DNA of 61,102 nucleotides, from positions 1 to 61,102 of the forward strand of contig MGJF01000004.1 of the NCBI GenBank assembly GCA_001794125.1, written 5' to 3'. Below are positions 46,115 through 56,896 of the stretch, piece by piece. The DNA is from Candidatus Yanofskybacteria bacterium RIFCSPHIGHO2_01_FULL_43_32. Its GTDB lineage: Bacteria > Patescibacteriota > Minisyncoccia > 2-02-FULL-40-12 > GWA2-44-9. The notes under the pieces were generated by a model. It searched no databases. It worked only from the letters and a program-made list of their open reading frames with translations, and was not told where the DNA came from. Both the position numbers and the translations under genes were made by a program. The stretch's first letter is position 1. Each line of letters begins with the position of its first letter.

Positions 46115-47029
46115 ATGAGAAAAACTTTTTTGGCTATTCTGCTGTTTTTTATTTTTGGGTGCGAATCTCCAAAAGAAAATACCGGCGCTAAAGCTCTTCA
46201 TAAAACCTATCCGTGTCCGCAGAGCTTTAAGACAGATGTCGCCTGGATAGTTCTTGAGTGGAACGGCAAACCGGAATATGGCGGTTATGGCTCCGGTTTT
46301 ATTATCAACAAAGAAAAAGGAGCGTTTTTTACCAACAAACATGTTAGCGACACATTCGACGCTTTAGGCAGGGGAAGCCACAAAATACTTTTTAATTGCG
46401 GGATATATGACGCCGAGATAGTTAAAACGGCTTTGTTTGCCGATGTCGCGTTGGTGCGGATAACGGGCTTGTTTGATTCTTCCGGTTTTCCCGATCCTGC
46501 TCCGTTTGCCGGAGAAAAGACCAAGGTTGGCGACAAAATTGTTGTAGAAGGTTTCCATGTCCATCCGTATTGGGTGCGCAAAGCGGACGAAGATGCGGGT
46601 TACAAATTTTCTGTTATTCCCATTTTCCGGGATTACTACAATTTAGGCACCAAAAATCTTGATAAGGAACAAGAAGTCGTGTTTGAGACACTGGAAGCGG
46701 TTGTCGTCGCGGTTGATGAAAAAATTAAAGTTGAAGGCCAGGGTTCGGGAATTATGCAGAGTCTCAGAGAAAACATGAATCTTTATATAAAAATAAAAAC
46801 CACGAAAGACCACAAATTTCCGTTCAGCGGTTTAAGCGGAACAGTGGTCAGGAATGAAAAAGGTGAAACAATCGGTATCTTCACTGCCGGACCGCAACTT
46901 GAGTATGATCCCGAGACAAAAGAAGACCTGCCGGACGGTTCTTTTTTGGCGGAACGGGTTTTTAAAACAGCCTTTCTTACGCCCATAGAATCGGCAGAAA
47001 ACTTAAGACTGTATTTGAATGAACGCTAA
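46115..47029 (+). CDS. trypsin-like serine protease, probable lipoprotein
   Basis: FIFG-C lipobox-like; GSGFII, TNKHV, ADVAL, GLSG. Confidence 0.75.
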   Translation: MRKTFLAILLFFIFGCESPKENTGAKALHKTYPCPQSFKTDVAWIVLEWNGKPEYGGYGSGFIINKEKGAFFTNKHVSDTFDALGRGSHKILFNCGIYDAEIVKTALFADVALVRITGLFDSSGFPDPAPFAGEKTKVGDKIVVEGFHVHPYWVRKADEDAGYKFSVIPIFRDYYNLGTKNLDKEQEVVFETLEAVVVAVDEKIKVEGQGSGIMQSLRENMNLYIKIKTTKDHKFPFSGLSGTVVRNEKGETIGIFTAGPQLEYDPETKEDLPDGSFLAERVFKTAFLTPIESAENLRLYLNER

Positions 47030-47128
47030 TCCCTCACCCTTCAGAAAGGTGAGGGGTTTTTATTTGACTTGTTTCGGCATTTTCTTTATTCTTTTTAACA
47101 ACGCACGTTGAAAATTAAGAGGTAGATT

Positions 47129-48241
47129 ATGCCGCTGACAAATCCCGACGAAGGAAGAATGTTGCTTAGGGAAGTGGAAAAACAGCCCAACAAATTTGTG
47201 TTTGGAGTCAAAGGGGCAATTTTTAATACCGTGCTGGCTTTGGTTACTCCGATAGCGCGTGACGGCGACCTTGGAAAGGAATATGCGCAAGCTCACACAT
47301 ATTTGCTTGATCTGCCCGGCCGAGGCAAAACCGCCATTCTTAAATATCTCTCCGCCGCTATAACGGCGAAACTGGGCCGCATTGACGGCAGAGCTGACAC
47401 TTTGCCGTCTGACCTGACCGGCTATGAACATGTTGACAGGTTTACCGGCACCAGGACTCTTTTGAAAGGGCCTTTGCATAGCAATATTTTCTTTGACGAC
47501 GAAATTAACAGGACCCCGCCCAAGGGGCAGTCGCCGATGCTTGGCGGAATGGAGGGCGGATATGTGATTATGAACGTTACCAACATTAAAACGGGAGAAT
47601 TAGAAGCCAAACGATTTCCGCTCTATCCGATATCGGATGACCCAAACGAAACGAGGATGTTTTTTATTTGTCTTGCCACAGCCAACCCCATTGAATTTGA
47701 GGGCACTTATCCGCTCTCGGAAGCTCAAAAAGAGCGGTTCACTTATGGGATTAGAATGGGTCTTCCAGACAGGGAAAATGAAATGATGATCCGGCCGTGG
47801 AATGTTGCCGGAAAAAAAGTAGAAACAGTTATGGACCTGGCCACTCTTTTGGACATCCAAGATATGGTAAAACAGATCCGACTTTCTCAAGCGGCTGAAG
47901 AATATGTGATGCGTCTTATCGAAAATTCGCGGCCCTATTCTCAAGATCTGGAAGAGTGGAGCAAGATAAAGCCCCGTAAAGCGACACGAGAACTGGTTGA
48001 TTTTATAAACCGGTACGTCATATCCGGCTGTTCGCCCAGAAGGAATTTTCACATAGTGGGAGCGGCTCAAGCGTTTGCGTTTATGCGCGGTGAAAATGAA
48101 ACAGCTACGGTTGATGATGTCAGGGCGATTGCGCCGATTACCATGGAGCACGTTATTTTGCTTCAACCGAGAGCGGAAGGTGATGATATAACGCCCCGAA
48201 AATTAGTTCAAAAAATAATTGATGAAACTATTCTGCCATGA
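47129..48241 (+). CDS. MoxR-family AAA+ ATPase
   Basis: PGRGKT, DTLPSDLTG, DEINRTPPK, ATANPIEFEGTYPLSEAQKERF. Confidence 0.93.
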   Translation: MPLTNPDEGRMLLREVEKQPNKFVFGVKGAIFNTVLALVTPIARDGDLGKEYAQAHTYLLDLPGRGKTAILKYLSAAITAKLGRIDGRADTLPSDLTGYEHVDRFTGTRTLLKGPLHSNIFFDDEINRTPPKGQSPMLGGMEGGYVIMNVTNIKTGELEAKRFPLYPISDDPNETRMFFICLATANPIEFEGTYPLSEAQKERFTYGIRMGLPDRENEMMIRPWNVAGKKVETVMDLATLLDIQDMVKQIRLSQAAEEYVMRLIENSRPYSQDLEEWSKIKPRKATRELVDFINRYVISGCSPRRNFHIVGAAQAFAFMRGENETATVDDVRAIAPITMEHVILLQPRAEGDDITPRKLVQKIIDETILP

Positions 48242-49164
48242 AACTTTTTGCTTTCAACGAAGTTCTGTCCGCCCTAACTCATATAAGAGGCGGTCTTCCC
48301 GCAACAAGACTGTCAACGCGAGTGCGTCTTGCTGAACACAGAAGTGTTTTTTTTGGACAGGGAGATTTTCATGATATTCAAGAGTATAATCCCGAACGGG
48401 ATCTTCCCGGTCAGATTATACCTTATTTAGTCGGACCGGATGATGAAATTTATTCCAGAAAATGCGTTGAACACCATGAGATCAAAGCTGTCTTTTTAAT
48501 CGATCTAAGCTCTTCAATTGATGCGGGAATTAATTTTATCAAGAGGCGGTTGCTTCTTGAAACGATCGGTTATATCGGCCTGACGGGCGCTCGCTACCAA
48601 GATCCGATAGGATTGGCGGGATTTACCGACAGGATTGTTCTTAATTTGCCGGCGCGATGCGGCCAGAATAATTTTACCCATCTTTTAAGAACGGTATATA
48701 GTTTTTTGGCAGAACGGGATCCTGACGACAAAAAAACGTCCAGACAAAAAACCGATTTTTTCTCCGCTCTTGATTTTATCAGGCGTTCTTTCAATCAGCG
48801 CTGTTTTATTCCGGTAGTGTCTGATTTTGTCGGCTTTGAGGACGTAGTTTCATCGTCTCTTTTGAGAGCCGTTGCTTCAAAGCATGAACTGGTGTTTGTG
48901 TTTCTGGATGATCCGCAGGAATTTGTTTCAGCGGGCGGCATCGGATACATAAGAAGGCAAAGTATTGAAGGCGGCAGACCGCGCGTTGTTTCAAGGTCCA
49001 AGTTGGCCGAGGACGAACAAAACATAAGAGCCGAAAGAACGGAGTTAAGGAGAGAATTAAAAGGATTGAAGATCCAATCCGTTGTTGTGGAATATAACAA
49101 ACACTTTAATCGCCTATTCAGATTTTTTGAAAAAAGACGTAAGACGCGAATAAGCCGCCAATAG
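48238..49164 (+). CDS. DUF58 family protein
   Basis: GEHRS-like LAEHRS, EYNP, LIDLSSS, VVSDF; follows moxR. Confidence 0.85.
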   Translation: MKLFAFNEVLSALTHIRGGLPATRLSTRVRLAEHRSVFFGQGDFHDIQEYNPERDLPGQIIPYLVGPDDEIYSRKCVEHHEIKAVFLIDLSSSIDAGINFIKRRLLLETIGYIGLTGARYQDPIGLAGFTDRIVLNLPARCGQNNFTHLLRTVYSFLAERDPDDKKTSRQKTDFFSALDFIRRSFNQRCFIPVVSDFVGFEDVVSSSLLRAVASKHELVFVFLDDPQEFVSAGGIGYIRRQSIEGGRPRVVSRSKLAEDEQNIRAERTELRRELKGLKIQSVVVEYNKHFNRLFRFFEKRRKTRISRQ

Positions 49165-49242
49165 AGGCGGTTTTTTGTTGACAATAACAATTTTATTCCT
49201 TATCTTTGTCGTCATAAGTTCCTTTTCAACTTAAGGCGAACC

Positions 49243-50379
49243 ATGAGATATAAGGCCGTTTCTCTGGCAATTGCCGTTCTGTTAACTGCGACTCCGAGCT
49301 ACGCTCAGCAAAAGTCATACATCGTTGTTGAAACGCCACAGACAGCCGAGCCGACCACGGTTATTACCGGTCAGCCATTTATGCAGACCTACGTGGTAAG
49401 GTTTATTGATCTGACAGATTATAATGAAGAGATAATCGTTCAAGAAGAATTGCTGAACAATTTTAAAACACTCGGCGATTTTGAAGTTCTGGATTTCCAC
49501 ATTGACAAGCAGACAAAAGAGAGAGAGTTTTTGGAGCATATTTGGAATTTGCGTCTTACTCTTTCCATCGTGAATCCTAAAAAGGGCGCTTATTTCATTC
49601 CTCCCATAACAATTCCGTGGAAACACAAGAAAGCGGGGCAAAAAGAAGACGACCCGTCAATTTTGACAAACTACGATTTTAAAACAGACGAAGTTCACAT
49701 CAATTACGTTACCACCATCCCCGAAAAAGAACCTAATTTTGAGATTCGGGACGGAATGAATCTCGGCACTTTTAAAGATCAGGTCTGGTTCTGGCGGGCC
49801 GCCGCATGGTTTTTAAGAATTGCCCCCCTTGTGTTCTTGCTGATTGTTTTTGCGGCATTGAGACGGTTTTCCCGTAAAGAATCCAAAACCGAATACACAG
49901 AAACAGACAGCAAGATTGAGGTTGGCGAGGCGATAAAAAATCATTCAACACTTAGGGTTTGGCTCGGTCTTCATAAGAGCATCAGACGTTTTGAGCATTG
50001 CCAAACCAACAGTTCCGGCCAGATAAGCGATTGTTTAAAAGCCGAAGCGGAAATTGTGTCGGCCATTAAGGATTACTTAAGAATTAAAGCCCTGCGGTTA
50101 AGCGTAGGCAATACGCCCCTGAGCATGGCGGAACATATTTCCGAGAACATAGATCAGTATTCAACCAAGAAAGACGCTCTGCTTCAATTAGCCCGTAAGG
50201 CCGTCGTATATCAAGCCGACATTGAGAAGGGCAAGGACGGTTACTTCAGAAGCCCTCTCGTTGAAGCTAAGGAATTGCGCCTCATTCTCGGCCAATTAAG
50301 ATTGTATCGCCGGGCGATTCCGCTTATTAGAAACAGTTTTCTTAAGGCCGGAAACCGGTTCAGGAGACGGCAGCAATGA
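49243..50379 (+). CDS. BatD-like exported/TM protein
   Basis: signal peptide, beta-rich domain, internal TM; position in MoxR-vWA operon. Confidence 0.6.
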   Translation: MRYKAVSLAIAVLLTATPSYAQQKSYIVVETPQTAEPTTVITGQPFMQTYVVRFIDLTDYNEEIIVQEELLNNFKTLGDFEVLDFHIDKQTKEREFLEHIWNLRLTLSIVNPKKGAYFIPPITIPWKHKKAGQKEDDPSILTNYDFKTDEVHINYVTTIPEKEPNFEIRDGMNLGTFKDQVWFWRAAAWFLRIAPLVFLLIVFAALRRFSRKESKTEYTETDSKIEVGEAIKNHSTLRVWLGLHKSIRRFEHCQTNSSGQISDCLKAEAEIVSAIKDYLRIKALRLSVGNTPLSMAEHISENIDQYSTKKDALLQLARKAVVYQADIEKGKDGYFRSPLVEAKELRLILGQLRLYRRAIPLIRNSFLKAGNRFRRRQQ

Positions 50380-51560
50380 TGAGACCCCCTTCTTTTGATG
50401 AAATTCTGTTTATTATTAAAAACGGCTGGCATGACCTTATAAATACTGATTTTGATCAGCTGAAATATTCAGCGGTTGATTTTGCCGTCAAGGTCGGAAT
50501 GGTGGCGGCAATGATTGTTTTGTTGAAATTGACCTGGATCTTGCTCTGTAAAATATTCGGTTGGCATAAATACTCCCGAACAGATTCCGGCCACACCGTT
50601 TCTCGCGACAGCGAGAGAGGATTTCTGGCCGGATTTTTTTTGATTTTGCCGAAGATCGCCTTGCTGGCGCCGTTAACGGCAATTCTGTTTGCTGTTGCTG
50701 ATCCTTTTCTCGCGACCATCAAAGAAGAAAAAAAATACGTGGAAGTCAAAACCATAGTTAAACTTCGCGATGCATCCGGTTCAATGGGGTACAAGTTTAA
50801 ACAGAGCGGTAAAAGCAAGGGCGAAATTGCCATGAATGCCGATCTTAAGTTTTTAGAGATGAGGCGCGGCAAGAATGATCGGATCGCTTTTTGGCTTTTC
50901 AGCGACGACCCGTACCCCGTTCAGGAAGATTTTATTATGGACGAGGAGTTGTCTTATCTTAAGGCCTATGACGCGCCTTGGGAAATTGGAGGCGGGAATC
51001 TTGATTCTTGGACGGAAGAACAGTGGCAGGCATATTCAATGCCGAGTTTCAGATACCTTCAGGTGGACGGACAGGGCGGAACCCAGCTGTCCAAGACGAT
51101 GAAAGCGGTTATCCGGCTGTTTGACGATGATGAAGAAAAACAGAAAAAAGCGCCCTATTTCAAAAACGGAGGCCGGTCGGTGTTAATTGTAACCGATGCG
51201 GCGATAGCCGATTTTAACGCAGTTGCAGCCGATCTTAAAGAGTTAAACAAAAGAAAGATAACCCCGTATATTATTTTTATTGATGAGTCAGAGGGAGAGC
51301 AGAATCCGGGCCAGCTGGCCAATATACCGGAATTGCTAAAAGAGGTAATGTTTATTGGCGGCAAGTTTTTTCCTGTTTCCGATGAAAAAGCCATTGAAAA
51401 CGCTTACCGGGAGATTGACAAATTAGAAATGGGAAAAGTTGAAATAGAAAAAAAGGTATTCAAAATCCCCGCATTTCACAAGTTTATTTTCTTGACGATT
51501 ATTTGTTTGATGATTGCGGTCATTGTCGGACTGTCGGCAGAATTATTGTCCTATCCCTAA
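50376..51560 (+). CDS. vWA domain membrane protein (BatA-like)
   Basis: RDASGSM MIDAS, GGTQL, IVTDA; flanking TMs. Confidence 0.85.
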   Translation: MMRPPSFDEILFIIKNGWHDLINTDFDQLKYSAVDFAVKVGMVAAMIVLLKLTWILLCKIFGWHKYSRTDSGHTVSRDSERGFLAGFFLILPKIALLAPLTAILFAVADPFLATIKEEKKYVEVKTIVKLRDASGSMGYKFKQSGKSKGEIAMNADLKFLEMRRGKNDRIAFWLFSDDPYPVQEDFIMDEELSYLKAYDAPWEIGGGNLDSWTEEQWQAYSMPSFRYLQVDGQGGTQLSKTMKAVIRLFDDDEEKQKKAPYFKNGGRSVLIVTDAAIADFNAVAADLKELNKRKITPYIIFIDESEGEQNPGQLANIPELLKEVMFIGGKFFPVSDEKAIENAYREIDKLEMGKVEIEKKVFKIPAFHKFIFLTIICLMIAVIVGLSAELLSYP

Positions 51561-51641
51561 CCGCGCGCCAACGCGGTTTTTTATTGACATTAAAGGCGAT
51601 TAGTTATTATATAAACGATATCAGACCTTTTAAAACACAGG

Positions 51642-52376
51642 ATGAACAAAATGAGTAAAAAAACCGGACGGAAGTCGGGATTTTGGCTCGGTCTTTGTTT
51701 TGTTTTCGCTGTTTTGTCTTTCGTCGTTTCATTTCCGGCTTCGGGTCTAAGCGTTTTTTACGGCCATCTCAATTCATTTAGTTACGGAGTCAGAAATTAT
51801 GACCGAGATGAAGTCGAAAAAGGACTCAAAAATCTTGAGAATGATTACAATGTTTTTTCCGGTTGGAAATTACGGTATTTTGCCGATCGCTGGCTTTTCG
51901 ACAAGATGTATCGTTATGAAGCCGCGGTTTCTATCGTGAACGAGGACTACGAAAAAGCAGAAGAGACCCTAAAAGACCACGGAGATGATTACTATGCTTC
52001 TTATATGCTGGGTATTGCCAAATTCAAGACCTTGCGCCCGGCTTTTCAGCAGGCGACGGCCAAAAAAGATAAAGAACAAATGGCCGCGATCCTTGTTTTG
52101 GTTTTAAAAGAAGTAAGTCCCGATTTTGAAAAGTGCGTTAAAGAAGGTCCCGGTCCGGCCGATAATTTTAATTGCTCGTTTGACTATGACCTGACCAGCA
52201 ATCCCGAATCCGCTTTAAAAGCGTTAATGAGCCAGAAACCGGTGCCGCAGTATGTTCTCGGCATTCCGGGCGGCAAAAATCCAAATGACGGAGAGCCGGA
52301 GAAAAAAGGACCGCCTCGATTAAATCCGAATGAAAAAAAAGACAGCGGTCAAGGCGGATCCCAGAAGGTGGGATAA
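51642..52376 (+). CDS. helical/TPR-like membrane-anchored protein (BatC-like)
   Basis: N-terminal TM, helical repeats, low-complexity tail. Confidence 0.55.
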   Translation: MNKMSKKTGRKSGFWLGLCFVFAVLSFVVSFPASGLSVFYGHLNSFSYGVRNYDRDEVEKGLKNLENDYNVFSGWKLRYFADRWLFDKMYRYEAAVSIVNEDYEKAEETLKDHGDDYYASYMLGIAKFKTLRPAFQQATAKKDKEQMAAILVLVLKEVSPDFEKCVKEGPGPADNFNCSFDYDLTSNPESALKALMSQKPVPQYVLGIPGGKNPNDGEPEKKGPPRLNPNEKKDSGQGGSQKVG

Positions 52377-53512
52377 TGGCAGGACAGGATATTGTTCGGT
52401 ATTGGAACGACCTTTATTTCGCAGAACCGGACAACCTCCAGCTTCTTTGGGTGGTTGCCGCAGTATTCATGTTGGGAATTTTTGTCTGGCTGTTAAAATT
52501 ATGGCATAAGCCGGCAAGAACACCCGGTTCGAGGTATCCTTTATTGGGGACGATGAAGTTTTGGTTCGCGCTGACAGTTTCGTTGTTTCTGTGCATAATT
52601 GCTTACGCGCAACCCTTTATCGCCAAAGGATCGGTTGTTATAAAACGAGGCAATGTTGAAGTTGCCTTTATTGTTGATTATTCCGCGTCCATGTTTCTCA
52701 AAGACACCGGCTTGGCCAGAATTGATATTGCCGGCAGAGAGATAATGAAGACGGTAACAAGCGAGATAATTAAAAAAGGCGACAGAGCGGCCGTTTTCAT
52801 CTTCGGCAAGATTGCTTCGCCGAGAATTTATTTGACGCGGGACTTGAACGGTTTTGCCACCGAGGCTGATAAAATAGGACGGCCGAAGACGCTGCTTTTT
52901 AACGATCTCTACTGGGGTTCTGCCATCGGCACCACTTTTCGCAGGGTCTATCAGGCGCTGGACAGGCAGGATATGATCGCCGAACTTGGCAAAGAATCGG
53001 AAAGTTGGCGGCCTCGGTTCAGGCGGGACAGGGTGGTTTTTATCTTGAGCGACGGCGATTTCTTTAACTACGGCGATAATGAAGAAACAAAATTAAGGGC
53101 GGAATCAGAGATTAAAAATTTGAACGATGCGTTAGTGGAATTTAGAAAAAGAGGCCTGCCGGTTTACGCGGTAGGCATAGGTACGCGATCCGGCGCGCAG
53201 CTGATTGATATTTTTCAGGACTATAAAAGGGACGATGAATATGATCCGGTGCTCGAAGAAGAATTAAAGGAACAGTTTTCGCGGCTCAATGTCTCTAATT
53301 TAAATATTTTGGCGGCTGCTACGGGAGGACGAGTGTTTACGATTGAACACTCGAATGACGATGCCGGCGGGTTTATCAAGTCGGCGCTTGACCGGCATAG
53401 AAGCACGTTTGTGGAACCGGTTGCCGAGCAGGAAAAACAAGAATTGTGGTCCTACGCCCTTTTGACGGCTTTGGCCGTATTTTTGGGAGGAATGGCAATT
53501 ACCAAGTTTTAG
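52376..53512 (+). CDS. vWA domain membrane protein (BatB-like)
   Basis: VDYSASM MIDAS, LSDGD, AVGIGT. Confidence 0.85.
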   Translation: MAGQDIVRYWNDLYFAEPDNLQLLWVVAAVFMLGIFVWLLKLWHKPARTPGSRYPLLGTMKFWFALTVSLFLCIIAYAQPFIAKGSVVIKRGNVEVAFIVDYSASMFLKDTGLARIDIAGREIMKTVTSEIIKKGDRAAVFIFGKIASPRIYLTRDLNGFATEADKIGRPKTLLFNDLYWGSAIGTTFRRVYQALDRQDMIAELGKESESWRPRFRRDRVVFILSDGDFFNYGDNEETKLRAESEIKNLNDALVEFRKRGLPVYAVGIGTRSGAQLIDIFQDYKRDDEYDPVLEEELKEQFSRLNVSNLNILAAATGGRVFTIEHSNDDAGGFIKSALDRHRSTFVEPVAEQEKQELWSYALLTALAVFLGGMAITKF

Positions 53513-53594
53513 CTCAGCGTCTTTGGACTTAAGCCCGGGACGAGGGGCTTTTTTATTTTAACTATAAACTATAAACTATATCTATAAACTTTTT

Positions 53595-54590
53595 ATGACC
53601 TACTTCCGAGACTCAATTTTAGCGACCCTTGTTTATTACGACACTCTTGATTTCCCGTTGACCATGTTTGAAGTATATAAGTATTTGATAAACCCCGCGC
53701 GATTAGACAAAAATGCCAAAAGTTCGGTTTTTAAAATTGAAGCGTCAGATATCGCCGTTGAGCTGGACAATATGGCAAAGGCGGAACTTATAAGACACAA
53801 GAACGGTTTTTATTTTTTGCCGGACCGGGATTTTTTGTACGAGTTGAGAATAGAGAAGGAAAAAATAGCCGCTCAAAAGTGGAAGAAATTTTTGAGGATA
53901 GCAAAATGGTTCCAGGCCGTGCCTTATTTACGGGCAATATTGGCTTCCGGTTCTTTGGCCATCAACAACACGGTACACGAAAGCGATTTCGACGTTCTGG
54001 CGGTGGTCAAAGACGGCCGTCTCTACACCGCCAGGATATTTTTATCTTTAGCCGCCTCTTTTTTCGGGGCCCGCAGAACCAGATACGATAAAAGCGCGCC
54101 TGATAAATTCTGTTTCAACCATTACATCACCGACGGAAACATGAACATAAGACACGAGAGCTTGTATAACGCCCAGACCTACGCCAATCTCAAACCGGTT
54201 CTGGCAAGAAACGGCGCATTAAGCAAGTTTTATAACGAGAATATGTGGTTGAACGAATATATTTACGGTTTCAAGCCGGCGGAAGAATTCGTTCTAAGAA
54301 AAGTTTCTTCAAATCCCGCACTCCTTGGCATCGGCGGTCTGGGGGAATTTATTTTGAACTCTCCTTTGGGAAACAAGCTTGAGAGTTGGGCCAAGAGGTA
54401 TCAGCAGAAAAGAATAAAGGAAAACCCGATGACACATGAATCAGGGGGCAGGGTTGTTTTTAACGATAATGAACTGGAGTTTCATCCCCGTTCTTTTGAA
54501 TCTTTTGCCGTCAGTAAATATAATTGGAATTTGAAAAAATTAGGTATTGTTCCTTTTGCCGAAGAAAAAGATTCAGGACTTCTTGTATAG
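53595..54590 (+). CDS. Pol-beta-type nucleotidyltransferase domain protein
   Basis: ASGSLA...ESDFDVL (GS..DxD) motif. Confidence 0.65.
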   Translation: MTYFRDSILATLVYYDTLDFPLTMFEVYKYLINPARLDKNAKSSVFKIEASDIAVELDNMAKAELIRHKNGFYFLPDRDFLYELRIEKEKIAAQKWKKFLRIAKWFQAVPYLRAILASGSLAINNTVHESDFDVLAVVKDGRLYTARIFLSLAASFFGARRTRYDKSAPDKFCFNHYITDGNMNIRHESLYNAQTYANLKPVLARNGALSKFYNENMWLNEYIYGFKPAEEFVLRKVSSNPALLGIGGLGEFILNSPLGNKLESWAKRYQQKRIKENPMTHESGGRVVFNDNELEFHPRSFESFAVSKYNWNLKKLGIVPFAEEKDSGLLV

Positions 54591-54649
54591 TTTTCTTAAT
54601 TTATTTATACTTGCCGCAGACTCTTTCGGTTCTTTGAAAAGAGGACGAA

Positions 54650-56551
54650 ATGACCCATTCGACAAGGCTCAGGGTCATCCTGAGCAAAGCCGAACGGACG
54701 AAAGTTTTATTGCGACTTCTCTCCTTTTTTATCCTATTCATTTTTTTCTCCGGCAACGCTTGGGCGAGTACCCCCAAGATTCTCCTGCTCAAAGATTTGG
54801 AGCCGGGCACCAAAGCTATCGGTTTTTCCGTTTTCAAGGGCGTTGAACCCCAGCCGTTTGATGTTGTTCTTGGTGAACCGATTGACCAGGCGGGCAATAG
54901 TTTTATTTTGGTCAGAATATCCGGCGGACCCATGGATACGCCGCTTGAAAAGATCGGCGCCATACACGGCATGAGCGGCAGCCCCATATTTACCGGCTGC
55001 ATCAATAAAAAACTTTCAGAGACAGAGCAATACGATTTCTGTATTTCTCAAGCGATTCTTGAGGGAAATAGCGTTTTTCTGGCCGGAGCATTAAGCTATG
55101 CCGTCGGTTCTTTCATTGAAGGAGGCCCGAATGCTTTGATTACCCCGGCGGAATATATGCTTGGAGCGAGGGTCAACAGTTATGCGGCCGCGTCCAGTTT
55201 TTCCAACGGATCGCCTAATAAAATAAATATCGGAGGAAGAGAGTTTGCCAACTTGATGCTTTTTCCGAAAATGGAAGATTTGGCCGTTACCGCAAATCCC
55301 GCCGGCCGCTGTCAGGAATCAATAAAAAGCGATATCAAGCCCGGTTCGATGGTCACCGTCTTTTTTGCCACGGGCGCCGTAAATGTAGGCGGTTCCGGCA
55401 CGGTGATTTGGCGGGATGACGATAAGATGTATATTTTCGGCCATCCGCTAATGGGTACCGGCATGGTCAACTATCCTTTTGTCCAGATTTCTGTGGCAGA
55501 CACCTTGCAAACTCCGCTTAACGCTCAAAAACTGCCGGGCTGCCATCTTGATGCCAAAGGCGCGATGCTCGTTGACGGCGCATTCGAGATGGCCGGCGTG
55601 GTGGGCAGGACTGCGCCCATGCTTCCGTATCAGGTCGATGTCCGTCTTGGCAACAGCGGCGCGGTTCTTTACGAAGAGATTGCGGCAAGTCCCATGGCTG
55701 CCGCAATCATAAAACAACTTCCGGTCATTTGGGCCGAGCAGTCGTTGGGCGATTTGAGCCATTACTCCCTGTTTTATCAAGCGCGGATAACCATAACGGA
55801 TCAGCCGGAGATCTTCGTCAAGAATTTTGTTCCGGCCCAGGTTTACAAGAATCCGTTCGAAGAGGTGTTTAACAGGGTTTACGGTCCTATCGAAGACTTG
55901 AGAAAAAGCGAATTTAACTACGGTCTGGAAAGCGTCAAAGTGCGGCTTGATTTTGTAAAAGAATTCCGATTGTGGACCGCAAAAAGATCTTTTTTATCTC
56001 CGGAAAAGCCAAGCTCCGGCGATACTGTCTATGTGAACGTCGTTCTGGAGGAATACTTCAGTTCCGTCACGAAGCAAATAAGCATTCCGATTAAAATTCC
56101 CGAGGACTTCACGGACCAAGCGAGTTCCGGAATTACCCCAAACCTTACCATTCACGTTCAGGGAGGCAGTAAGTTCACCGATAAGAGAGAACGGCCGGAA
56201 GTAAATTCTATCGAGGATTTGATCAGACAGCTTAATAACTCGATGAATTACAAGAACAATGTTCTTTATGTTCAGCGGGTAATGTCCGGAAACAAGGCTG
56301 AACAGGAAGATGACATGGCCAAAGCCAAAGCGGCGGTTAAACCGGCCGGGAAATGGGTTGATGTCGAAAGGGATGATTTGAAACAGCTTCCGCGCGCAGA
56401 CAAAAACAATGTCGCCTTGACCGTTTCATCGGAATTGAACGATTTCATCGATCTTAATTTGACTTTCAATCTGCAAGTTCAGCCGAAAAAAGACGCGACT
56501 GACGAAGACAAAAAAGAAACTAAAAAGAGAAAGCGATTTTTGTTCTTTTAA
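54650..56551 (+). CDS. SpoIVB-type (S55) serine peptidase
   Basis: GFSVFKG, IGAIHGMSGSPIF, FGHP; real start may lie downstream of the palindrome at 54658-54694. Confidence 0.8.
   Translation: MTHSTRLRVILSKAERTKVLLRLLSFFILFIFFSGNAWASTPKILLLKDLEPGTKAIGFSVFKGVEPQPFDVVLGEPIDQAGNSFILVRISGGPMDTPLEKIGAIHGMSGSPIFTGCINKKLSETEQYDFCISQAILEGNSVFLAGALSYAVGSFIEGGPNALITPAEYMLGARVNSYAAASSFSNGSPNKINIGGREFANLMLFPKMEDLAVTANPAGRCQESIKSDIKPGSMVTVFFATGAVNVGGSGTVIWRDDDKMYIFGHPLMGTGMVNYPFVQISVADTLQTPLNAQKLPGCHLDAKGAMLVDGAFEMAGVVGRTAPMLPYQVDVRLGNSGAVLYEEIAASPMAAAIIKQLPVIWAEQSLGDLSHYSLFYQARITITDQPEIFVKNFVPAQVYKNPFEEVFNRVYGPIEDLRKSEFNYGLESVKVRLDFVKEFRLWTAKRSFLSPEKPSSGDTVYVNVVLEEYFSSVTKQISIPIKIPEDFTDQASSGITPNLTIHVQGGSKFTDKRERPEVNSIEDLIRQLNNSMNYKNNVLYVQRVMSGNKAEQEDDMAKAKAAVKPAGKWVDVERDDLKQLPRADKNNVALTVSSELNDFIDLNLTFNLQVQPKKDATDEDKKETKKRKRFLFF
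54658..54694. repeat. full-length TTCGAC..GGCTCAGG/CCTGAGC..CGAA hairpin element
   Basis: ttcgacaaggctcagg-gtcat-cctgagcaaagccgaa. Confidence 0.75.
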
Positions 56552-56559
56552 TAAAACTT

Positions 56560-56583
56560 TACCCCTAAGGAGGGGTATTTTTT
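56560..56583 (+). terminator. intrinsic terminator
   Basis: tacccct-aagg-aggggta plus T-run. Confidence 0.75.
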
Positions 56584-56595
56584 ATGACTGTTGAC

Positions 56596-56891
56596 CCCGC
56601 CGTTGGGAAGCCCTATTATTTTTAGCATGCACTTCGTATACATTTTAAGACTTAGCAATGACCAACTATACATCGGTTTTACTCGAGATTTGAAAAAGCG
56701 CTTAAAGGAACATGAATCTGGAAAAGTATTTACTACAAAGAAGTATTTACCGCTCGAATTGATATACTATGAGTGTTATAGCGCCTTTCTTGATGCTAAA
56801 AACAGAGAGTCTAAAATCAAGCAATTTGGCAGTACTTACTCTCAACTAAAGAAACGCATAATCCATAGTATTGGGGCTTCCCAACGGCGGG
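56596..56891. mobile_element. 296-bp element with CCCGCCGTTG TIRs and GTTGAC target duplication carrying a GIY-YIG gene
   Basis: 20-bp perfect IR (56594-56613 / 56874-56893); GTTGAC at 56590-56595 and 56892-56897. Confidence 0.8.
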
Positions 56892-56896
56892 GTTGA
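56627..56896 (+). CDS. stand-alone GIY-YIG nuclease
   Basis: FVYIL...LYIGFTRDLKKRLKEH...ELIYYE..AKNRESKIK. Confidence 0.92.
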   Translation: MHFVYILRLSNDQLYIGFTRDLKKRLKEHESGKVFTTKKYLPLELIYYECYSAFLDAKNRESKIKQFGSTYSQLKKRIIHSIGASQRRG

